Origin: the human T2T-CHM13v2.0 reference genome, Homo sapiens
Reading direction: 5' to 3' (one strand)
Assembly: GCF_009914755.1 (NCBI RefSeq)
Contig: NC_060931.1
Length of the DNA: 64,000 nt
The first letter of the stretch is position 1; every line of letters begins with the position of its first letter. A model generated the notes under the pieces. The model made no database searches and was not told the DNA's origin. It saw nothing but the letters and a program-made list of their open reading frames with translations. The translations under genes were made by a program, and so were the position numbers. This document shows, in pieces, positions 53,370 to 64,000 of the stretch.

Positions 53370-53750
53370 TAAAACTGACACATAACATTGACACATAACA
53401 TTTGGATATATTTATGGGGTACATGTGGTATTGTGTTATATGCATAGAATGTCTGATGATCAAGTCAGTGCATTCAGGAATCAATCATCAGGGTCATTTA
53501 TTATTTCTATGTATTGATAACATTTCAATTCCTCACTTCTAGTTATTTAGAAATGTACAGTACATTGTCGTTAACTATAGTCACACTACTCTATCAAATA
53601 TTGGAACTTATTTTGTCTATCTAAGCATATTATTTGTGCCCATTAACCACCCTCTCTTTATTCTCACCCTATACATCCATATTCTTCCCAGCCTCTGGTA
53701 AGTATCATTCCATTATCAACCTCCATGAGATAGCCTTTCAAGCTCTCACT
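53370..53750 (-). mobile_element. L1MA 3' end
   Basis: 'atatttatggggtacatgtggtattg...cccagcctctggtaagtatcattc'. Confidence 0.85.
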
Positions 53751-56700
53751 TAAAATAGAACTGCTGAGAAAAAGAAATGTTAATAATGATCATCTTGCAT
53801 TTCTTGATGTGATACTGAATATTGTTAATATGGTAATTTTTGAAAATAAATAACAGGGTTAATAAAATGCTGATAATATTTTTTGAGGGAAAGTTTGTAA
53901 AAATCATGATTTTTATATGAAATTCATCTGGAAATGCATAAGCATAACATCTTTTTTTATTACACAGACATGAAGACAATATAAATGTTTTTGTAATATA
54001 TTGCTAATTTAAGATAACCTATATATATAAATATATATTGCAAATCTAGGAAAATCAAAATAATGGGATTTTTATAAACAGGATAAAATTGAATCAACAA
54101 TATACTTTAAAGAAAAGAATGTAGCATTATGCTGAAAGGATAAGTTATTCAAAAATGATGGCAAGAATTGGGAAGTTGTATATTTGATTAAAACCATCAC
54201 CAAAATAATATTTAAATGGACTTAAATTTACATAGTATTGGGTGTCCTGTGTTCGGTCATCTTACACTATTTAGGGTGAGGGATGCGTCATCAGGGGTGA
54301 TTAGGAGTTAATGAAAACATCAACTTTTATAATGTATCAATGTTCTTTGATGCAAGAGTAATCACCGATAAAAAACAAAAAGAGATTCGAAAGTTTGTAC
54401 CAAACTAGTTATCTCAGGCAATTGAAACTGAAGGTGTTTTGCCCATTTAAAATTTAAACTCGATGAGAAACTATTAGTAGGCTTGTTACCACTTCCTCTA
54501 TTTTTATAGAGTTATCATTTTCTCTATTTCTTGCATAACCTTTCCTCTTTTTAAAAAAGTATAGGTTGATTCTTTCAATTTATATGATGATGTTGAAGAA
54601 AATATACTACGAAAATACATTTTAAATTAAGATTAGCAAAAAATAAAATGTGAGTCTATGAAATTAAAATTAAAATGCATGTTCTTAATATGATTCTGTG
54701 TTCTGCTATCACAGAAATATAAAATATATTTGAAAGTATGTGCAAAATACAAAATTTATCCTGGAAAGAACAAAGATTACCAAACTTATACATAACAGGG
54801 AGCTATATAGAAGTATATGCCTAAACATCAACTTTATATATGACTCATAATGAAATCCACTTTTGTTGGTCTTATGCACTTCTACAGATTTTTATAAGAT
54901 GTAAATCATAAATGAGACAAAAATTAAAATGCTGATTTTTCTAATATTTTCATAAGAATCTTCCCTATCTAGATTTTCAGTCATCTCTAAATTTATAAAT
55001 GCCATGAAAAGAAGATTCACAAGCAAAAATAAAATAAATCTTAAACATAAAAGATAAATCTTAGCTAAATTAAATAAAACTCTTACTGAATTATTACAAA
55101 AGTAAATTCCATTGATATGTGAAGCCAAACACAACCAAGCATCTAAAACCTTGCATAACTGGACAAAATCCAAGAGTATAATGTTCTGCCATGTTTATAC
55201 AATTGCATTAAATAAGACAATAATAAAATATTCAACCACATCCGTTTTCTAGAGCTAGCTACAATTGTCATACAACTGATTGGTTATAGAATCAACACAT
55301 AAACCTAATATTTAAAACCGATAAGTAAACACATACATTGTACCATCCTGTCTTCATAATTTTAAAGTTTTTGAAATTATTAAAAAGTATTATTGAAGAA
55401 CTAAAATACCCCAAGCCTTTCATATGAAGTATCAGTTTAGAATACTAAAGAAATAACGAAATATTATACATTCTCTGCAGCTTTTTAAAGAAAAACACGG
55501 AAACATACAGAGAAATAAATATAATTTAGCATATTATTGATATGAATAGTTTCCTATTTTATTATGGAGTACATTTCTAGAAACGTGTTTAATTGTCATT
55601 CTCTGATGTGCTAGACTCTGTACTAAGCAGGACAGATCTACAGATGAGCAAGACAGATCCAACATGTATCTGGCTTCTCCTCATTTTAGAATCTATAAAG
55701 TGGGATTAACAGATGCTGAAGGCAATGACCCCTGTTATTGCCTCAGTAATATATGCCAAAAATGATAAATTCACTATGTAATATTCATGATCCAGTTATT
55801 CTTTCTTTCACTGCCATTTTTTACTGTACTTCTGCAATCTATCCTAGAAATTTCAATCTAGAAATTTGCTTAGGTTTTTTATTTTAATAGTACATATTGA
55901 TTATAGTGTGTATAAGCACAAGAATATTTATTCTTTAATGATCTAACAACTTTGTTACCTTAAAAAAAATAGAGTCCACTTTAAGAGTCAGAAGTAATCT
56001 CACTGGTGCTTGGTCCATATAAAGTTACATAATTTAGCCTACCTACTCACCAATTTTCTCCTCAAAAACAGAAAGAGGTAAAAAAAAAAAAGTTCCTTTT
56101 CAGAAGACAAGGGTGCAGCTCATATATAAATACACTCGAGGGTGAGAGAAGGATTACTGTCTTCACTTCAAATTGTCATTACTACCGAATGCCCAACAGA
56201 GAGTCCTGCAAAGCTACATTCTGAGGATAAAGTAAAAACAATCACAACCAGATATTCAATCGAAGCAAACAAGCAAGAGAGAAAGGAAATTGTGAAACTT
56301 CTAGATAAGTGTCTTATTTCTCTGAAAACATATCATATCAGTTACAATACTACTGTGACAAATTTCTTTTGTCGCTTGTCTTCTGGTCAGAAGTTAATTC
56401 AGTCACTGCTGACTGTTTCATTCTCCACTGATATGTTTGCCATTCCTTCTCTCTTTTTCAATTTTCCTGTGTATATTAGAATAGAATAGAATATTGATTT
56501 ACTAGGTAGTACAATGAGCTCCCCAGAAGGAAGGTAATGTATTACTTTGACTAACACATAACTAAGTGATGTAATGATTTGTCATGAGGCAATGAACTTA
56601 TCAGTGGAGTGTTAGAAATAATTTTAATAGCATAAAAATTTTGAATATTTCTTGTATTCATGATTGAAGCTAAATAAATGGATGGTTTCTAACTTTGGCA

Positions 56701-57349
56701 TGTTGCCAGAAACTTATATTGGGATAGAATTACCTAGTCAAACTTAATCATCATGTCAGTATTTTCATGACTAACAATTCAAATTTAGAGACTTAGCATA
56801 CTTTCAGAGACGGTGCCATGGCTCATCAGTCTATGTTGTAGAATATTAGTTAGTGGCTCCTAGTCATGATGAATTGTTCTTTTGTGAAGAACTGAGGAGT
56901 CAGTGGGAGAGTGTGTGGAATAATTTATTCTCTTATGAAATCAGCTAAGGACAGAATCAATATGGAAACTAACTTCAGTATTATAAAAATAACAAGTTTT
57001 CCCCTCAGATTTTATAAAGTGTCATAATACAGTGTTAAAATGTGGTGTCTATTTACAAAAATATATATCTAAAGTTATACAAGTTAGATTTAAGTAACTC
57101 AAAGCTGAGAAATATCCATTTCCAAAATAACTTGTGAATATAAACCAGTTTTTTTGTTTTGTTTTGTTTTGATTTGTTTTGAAGAATGTGGGCCTAAGCA
57201 CCACCAGGTCATAGCCGCCAGTCAGATGTATCAGAGTTAATAAAATAATCATTCTTTCAGAGGCATTTATAAAAAGGTAAAGTATTCTATGAACTTTGCT
57301 TACTCAGGATTTTTAAAAACTCAGTATTAATGGAGACATTTTCCTTGGT

Positions 57350-59700
57350 GACAAAGACAAAAATGACTAAATTTCAGCTCAGGTGTTATCTTCCCTAGAA
57401 AGCAATTTTTTTATGTCCCAGTCAGTATTAGGTGGTGCTTCTGTAAACCACTCTACATTTATTTACATAGAAGTTAATATTTAACTGTAATAATCTGATC
57501 AATTTTGTTCTCTTTTTTGATAATGGACAAGATGGTGTTTTACAACTTCAAATCTCTAGGACATGACACAGAGTAGTTTAGTCAATGTTAATTGAATGAA
57601 TTGAAGGCATGATCCATATCTTTAAAATTTAATGTGGGAAAGCCACAAATAGGACTAGGCTCAGTGTGAGGTAGAGAATTATATAAAAAGTAATAGGAGC
57701 ATAGAGGAAGGATGGGCTTAATTGGGTGAGGGGTGATGAGGTGTGCAGATGCATCTTAAAGAAGATTGAAGCTCCTATTTAATAAATTTAATTTTCTTGA
57801 GGGGAAAAGGAGAGAAGAGGACAGAAGAAGGGCAAAGCCTGAAAGCATTTGATAAACATTAGAAACTGGTTGTGTGTAGCTCAATATAGAATATGAGGAG
57901 AGTGGAAAAGGGGATATGATAATTCAGCATAAGCTTCCTAGTGACAAAAAATAGTGAAGATTTTTTTTTATAGCTTGGTATACAAAAGTTTGCACTTAAC
58001 GAAAAGGCAGAAGATAGTTGTTGAAGAATTTTAAATAGCATATGAGTGAGTTATTATAATAGCATTTGGGAATGCTGACTTTGCTAAAGTACTGAGATTG
58101 GACAGAACATACTAATTGATGAGAAGGCTATTTTGATTCTTAAGCAAGAGATTTGGAAGGTCTGCCTTTAAGGCAGTATACAAGACCAGCAGCAGCATAT
58201 TTGTGAATTTATCTAGGTTTGGAGATTAGATGAGCAAGTATGACAAAGTTTGAAGCTAATTTCAAATAATGGTTAAAGTTGTTGAATTTCTTTCGCTGAG
58301 ATAATAAGCAAAGAATATGCATTCATGAAACTTACAGTACGAGTTTGTAAGACAGTTGATAACAAAAATGAGATAATTAAAGTTATATTTTTTATCTTGA
58401 TCTTTTCTTCTGACAGTGATAAAATGTTGCAAATGCTTATTCTTGCGTATTAAAGACAAGTGGTTTCATGCAACAGAGTATCATTTATGATAGAGTTTCT
58501 TTTCCTATGCTACATGTTACAAAGTTAATGTGTGATCAATTTGCATTTAACATCGATTAGATCACTGTTTGCATATGATGTAATTATTTTAATCTCTCTT
58601 TGTCATATATTTCTGAGCTGTTATGTACTTCTTGTCCACTTGTGAAGTATTATAGAAGGTATTCAGCTCCTGGGGGTAGTTTTCTCAACAGCTGAAGAAA
58701 ATATTTTATTTAAATTAATTTAGTTATTGGTTTAGTTCTCTTAAAACAACTGCCCTGAAATGTAGTTGAATAGAAATGTGTCCAGTGGTATTGGCATGTA
58801 CAGAGATGAAACAACATGGAGATAGTCATAAATATGAAGCAATGCACACTAAAAACTTTTTATTTTTGAAACTAATTGGACAGAACAAGGAAATTTACTC
58901 AATCCACTTAATGTATTTTGTAAGCATAAAAATTTACTAACCATCGTAACATTCCTCTTTCTCTCTGCCTATCTCCTTCTCTTTCGTACACAAACACATC
59001 GAATCTTACAGAAGAGGAGGAGTTAGCCAGGTTCAAGGAAGTGGATCGATTGAAGAGCACTGTAGGCACAAAGAGAGAGCAAAATGAGTAATTTCTCTGA
59101 TATTAGAAGAAGCATTGCACACACATTGGGGTAACTGCAACTAAATTTTAAATTGTGAAAAAGAGTGAGAAACTAAGCCACAAGGGCACTTGTTAGTAAT
59201 ATTAAGGAAATTGGCCCAAGGGGAATAGGCATTAGGAGAATAAATAATCATTATAGGGTTTTAAACAGGGAATGATACGATCTTAATTGTGCTTTAAAGA
59301 GACAATTTGAGCTCTATTCTGCAGTGAGTATTTCTAGAGGTAGAAAGATTTGGTTGGAAGCTAAATTCAGAAAGACATTATGTTGAATCTAAACTGAGTG
59401 ACTTTTATAGTGGATGAAATTGAATTGTTTTGAAAGTTATGAAGAAAATAAAATCAACAAGTCTAGCAAATTGATTTGAGGTTGAAAATGAGAAAAGTGA
59501 TATGCGCAGAATTTTTAGCAAATGCAATTGGTGATTTTTCACCTTCATTATTTAATGAGAGATAATGCAAAGGAGAAAGGAGTTTAGAGGGAGTGTTAGA
59601 GTGGAAAGTTGTTTTAGTTTAGGAAATATTGATTGTTCAGTTTTCATAGCACTGCTGAGTGAAAATGTCTGGAATTCTTTGTGTCATATATAGCTCTAGA
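57350..59700. mobile_element. Cluster of degenerate L2 fragments, both orientations
   Basis: 'gtcaatgttaattgaatgaattgaa' L2 tail near 57600; antisense L2 motifs at 59000-59700. Confidence 0.55.
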
Positions 59701-60619
59701 TCCCTATTCCATCCTCAATATCTTAAATACATTTATTGAGAAATTTGATATTTTCAGAAAATAAATTTTCTACATGCTACTACCACCCTCTATAACTACA
59801 GCCACTAATTTCTTCTGTCTCCAAGAATGAAATGTTCATGCGTTAGTATTTATTTCTCACTCAGTGTTTTGGATTTCTTCTGGGATAATGTTTTCTGCAT
59901 TTAAAATTTGTCTCTCCTCTGGGTCTTTTTTTTATCTTTTATCACTGTTCTTGTTGCTCCTATGTTCAAGAAAAATAAGAAAAGTAAAACTAAAACTTTT
60001 GTCTAAGGGTAGCACAATTTTGTCTTTCTCCTACTTTTCATGACATTATTTAACATATGCTGCTAACATAGACTTACTTAGTTCATTTCTTAACTCTTAA
60101 TAGTTCTCATTCCTATTCTGCAACTAGGCTGCATCTGCTCTTAGGAAGTTCATCAATTCCTTTCACATGAAAATATCTAACATACTGGTGAAATGTATCT
60201 TAGTTTAGCCCTTCTCTACAGCTACAAACAACTACAAAATACAGAAATCTGACTGTTTTAACTTCTTTTTTTATCAACTCATTTTACTCAGTTTCTGGCC
60301 ACTAAATACCCACACCAGAATAATAGCAGATACTTCTTTATTCTCCCATTTTCTCTGCTCATAATTGAATCCTTTCAGCCCAAATTTTTCTCTAGCACCT
60401 TGGATTTCTGCTGTTCCTAAAAAAACTATTCATTTTCTTTTTGTTTTCTGTAGTCTATATCCATCACAATGATGATCTAATAATCATGCAGCTCTCTTTA
60501 TTTAATGGTTATGTTTAGCAGTCTGCTTTTACATTTCTTAGTAACAGTATATGTGTTTATATATGTGAATAAGTACATATGCATATACACATGTGGAACT
60601 ATCTTACAATATTTATTCA

Positions 60620-60870
60620 GAATATCTAAAATAGTTTTCCATGACCATTTATTAAATCTCTGTGCCAGGAAGCATGATACTTACTTATATACATCACCTT
60701 ACTTATAGTTGTTATTACCATCTATCCCCATTACAGAATAAGAAAATTTAAATTGACAAGAGAAAATATAAAAAACTTGCCAATGACCATATACACAGAA
60801 ATCAGATAGATCAAGATTTAATCAAAGATTACGTGATTTTAATGACTGTTCTTTTGAGTATTACTGTCTC
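60620..60870 (-). mobile_element. MIR
   Basis: 'catttattaaatctctgtgccagg...ccccattacagaataagaaaattta...cttgccaatgacc'. Confidence 0.7.
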
Positions 60871-61639
60871 ATCCAAGGAAAGAAAAGGTAGTATCATAGT
60901 CTAATAATGACATTTCATAATTTCCCACAGAAAATTTTCAGAAAGAATGTTGAATATATTTATTAAGTTTCAGGATATTTTTAACTGAAGTATATGTAAA
61001 TTTTATTCTTTCATCCAAAAGAGCAGTTGTCCAAATTTTGGGAGGGTGCACCATTTTATTTTGGCTTTCATAAACATTATTTACTAGGTTTAATTTTCCC
61101 ATATTTACATTTTTCTTCCTTTAACTATAGGTTTTCTTTTTCCCTAAAGTATCCTCAAACTGATATCTTAATCATATCTCAGGTTAGGAACTTCTTAGGA
61201 TTATCATTTACAGTAGTTAAACATGATTAGTAAGAAAAAATGCTAACTAAATAAAAGGAGAGTATGTTAGACTTCTTTCTTCTACTCCTCAGGTTACACT
61301 ACAAGTTTTATTTGGCCCAGCTTTTTGTGTTAGTAATACTTTCAAAATCTTCTTATTTATCTTTTGAGCTTCAACATAGGAACTTTATATTTTTCAAAGC
61401 GAAATTGGTGTTGTTTGCCTGCAAATAAAAAATATGATATGATCACCCATTTATCTATTATAGATGTCAATGTTGTTATTTAATTTGTTTTCGTTCAGTG
61501 CTATAAAGTGAGTAGTTCGGTTCTCACTGTTCAGTGATCCTGAAGAAATTCTCCTAGATTTATTTCTTTTTAATTTATATAGCAGTTGTCTTATAACAAT
61601 TCTTACATCTTTTCATAATGTAAATTACTCTTATCCTAA

Positions 61640-61795
61640 GTAGAAAGACTAAACGATGAACCAATCAAAAATAATGACTACAACAACTTTCAAGACATAG
61701 TCAGAATAATAAGATATAAAGAGAAACAACAATGAGTTAAAAAGCAGAGGGACAAAATTAAGGTATTAGTTTTCTTTTTGCTTGTTTGTTTATTT
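61640..61795 (+). mobile_element. Isolated L1MA inter-ORF fragment
   Basis: Similar to the reverse complement of ~30700-30860 in this window. Confidence 0.7.
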
Positions 61796-62309
61796 CTAAA
61801 ATAGGATAGATAAAAACTATTCTAGAAATCAAAGAGTAAAATGTTCTCTTTTATATGTAATAAGTCTATAAAAATCAAACTTATACTGTAAATATGAAAA
61901 AAATATTTTGGCATTTTAAAAATGTCTAGAATTCTTTATACTCAGTTTACACATAAATATATCTTAAAGTAACAAGTAAAGTAATAATATCACTAAATAA
62001 CATATAATTTTGGGGGGTTATTGACAGGTGTTAAATTTATTGCATTTGTAGACTCTCAAGAATGTCAAATGCTGTTTTAAATACTAAACTTAAAATAAAC
62101 AAATGTGAAAGTGAAGTAGATAACTTTTTAGGAATTCATGAACTCTGGATCCAGATTTGTCCTGGTCATACATACTCTTCCCCAGGGAGAAACAGCAGAT
62201 GCGAACGTGATATATCAAATGGTAGCAAAATAACATTTTATTATTAGCTCGAACCATAACTAAATAGTTTGGATCACTTGGATTCATTTTCTTTCCCTAA
62301 CTAATGACA

Positions 62310-62615
62310 TAAGAAAGGTGAGTTGATTTTAGCTGTGGTCAGGAGGCGTCTGTTCCTCATACTTTGGATCTCCCCAAAGGGCTTCTTGGGTGTTTTCTTG
62401 ACATGATAGCTGGTTTCCCCAGAGTGCATGATCTAAGAGCACAAGGTATGAGCTGCAGTACCTTTTATGATGTAGACTTAGAAATCAAGTTTTGTTGTAA
62501 TTGTAGTATTTTATTGAATCTGTCAACTCTATTCAATGCTGATGGAAACTATACAGTGGCAAAAATACCAGAAAGTGGGAATTTTGAGGAGCCATCTTGG
62601 AGGCTGTCTGCGAGA
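62310..62615 (-). mobile_element. MLT1F-like LTR fragment
   Basis: 'gacatgatagctggtttccccagagtgcatgatctaagag...ggagccatcttggaggctg'. Confidence 0.7.
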
Positions 62616-62661
62616 GAGTACATACTTACAGATTCTAAATTACATACTTGGGAACAATTAG

Positions 62662-63165
62662 TGTTGCAGCTCTTTTACCCCTGTAGTTTGATGAGTTCCA
62701 AGTTCTTGCCCCATGACCAAGAAGAATGATGTATGCAGACACCAGAGAGTGAGTAAGGCAGAGTAGAATTTATTGCGTGACAGAAAAGCTCTCAACAGCA
62801 AAAGGGGATCTGAAGGTGGGTTGCCAGCCACGAGGCTGAGTCTAGGGCCTTTTATGAGCTTGAAATGGAGAAGTGTGTGCTGATTGGTCTGTAGGTATGC
62901 TTGAAAAAGCACCATTCACAAATAGGCATGTTAGTGTAGAGGACCAACTGGGGAAAGGTAACTTTAGGTAAAACAGGTGAAGGATAAGGGCCAATCAGGA
63001 GAGAATGTGCCAAATAGGAACAGGGGCTCTCAATCTGGTCCGTGAATTTATCAGGAACTTGTAGCTTGGTTTTCAGGCTTTAGACTCTCCTTGGCTTGAA
63101 GGTTGAATTACACCAAGGACCCATCCCTATCTGCCTAGGAATTTACCTGCCTCCTATCGCTATCA
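62662..63165 (-). mobile_element. ERV1 solo LTR (LTR27/LTR28-like)
   Basis: Minus strand tgatagcgataggaggcaggtaaattcctaggcag...gctgcaaca; TG..CA ends, AATAAA, 4-bp flanks ttag/gtag. Confidence 0.8.
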
Positions 63166-64000
63166 GTAGCCTATTTTGTGAATCTCTAATTTTCACTCAT
63201 AATTTTATATGGTATTTATTTCTTCTCTAAAACTAAAGATGAAGTCTTAATAATTATTTCAAATAATTATACTTCTATTTTTATTCCATCAAATGAATAA
63301 CACTTATAATTAATATTATTCTTAATTCTCCTGTTGTTACCAATAAACTTTAAAATAATATACCAATACTTCTACGTTTTTCTAACATTGTTCTCTTGAA
63401 CAATATTTTCATCTAAATAATAGTAAGAGCAGTCCTACATTTATATTGTAAACTACTTTCAAACCTGTGTCTTATATTACCTACACCTTTATATTTTAAA
63501 AGTTGATGTCATTTACCTTCTAATCTAAGAGTCACACACCAAGATATTTCCATTCTGTCTTTAGGTTAAGTCAATTTTTGCAAGCAACAAATGGCATTTA
63601 CATTATGATGACCATACAAAAATTATTCAAGTAACACACATTCTTCTCTGTAGCCAATGCCTCTAATCAAGGGGTACTCTAAGTAGAATTTGCATAGAAT
63701 TTCAAATAGATTCACATTTCTTGACATTCTTGATTCACATTTCTTGTTAAAAATGACACATTTTCTTTTTCTTCTTATTTGGCCTAAGGTTCTCTTATAG
63801 CACTCCCCCTTCCATTCCCCTGCCCACTATCGAATTTTCAAATTGTCTTTTTTTTTATTGGATAATAAGCCCACATATCCTGAAGTCATGCTATTGATGC
63901 GCAAAACTCCACCCTTTCATCCTAGATTACCTTGGTTATCCCCACTCTACCAAAGTCCTTCATTTTCTAGTTATTTGCACTGGTTGCTCTCATGACCTTC

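Noticed and set aside
56142-56489. 115-aa ORF in non-repeat sequence
   Set aside because: GTG start, no recognisable domain, and length within chance expectation for six frames of 64 kb

Overview
AT-rich, CpG-poor, repeat-dense primate (human-like; AluY and L1PA present) genomic DNA, intergenic or deep intronic. I see no credible protein-coding exon, RNA gene or CpG island. The recognisable ORFs are decayed L1 ORF1/ORF2, Tigger1 transposase or Alu antisense frames. The window is a mosaic of Alus, L1s (including a near full-length L1MA-type element with TSDs that splits an MLT1B LTR and carries nested MaLR and MER41A LTRs), MaLR/ERVL/ERV1 solo LTRs, L2, MIR and DNA transposons. Subfamily names come from my recollection of consensus sequences, not a database search, and old-repeat boundaries are approximate. 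The signal that repeat annotation would not explain is a set of locally templated inverted duplications. These are a 581-bp inverted repeat (19 mismatches, no indels) inside one rearranged Tigger1 around a 639-bp potentially invertible spacer (39254-41054), a ~137-bp unique segment copied in reverse into an old L1 (16578-17256), a 112-nt near-perfect hairpin (1954-2065) and smaller fold-back scars. There is also a perfect 85-bp tandem duplication, twin-primed L1 inversions and a site hit twice by retrotransposition. I find no novel gene system. The best candidates are structural: an invertible cassette and dsRNA/hairpin-forming duplications.
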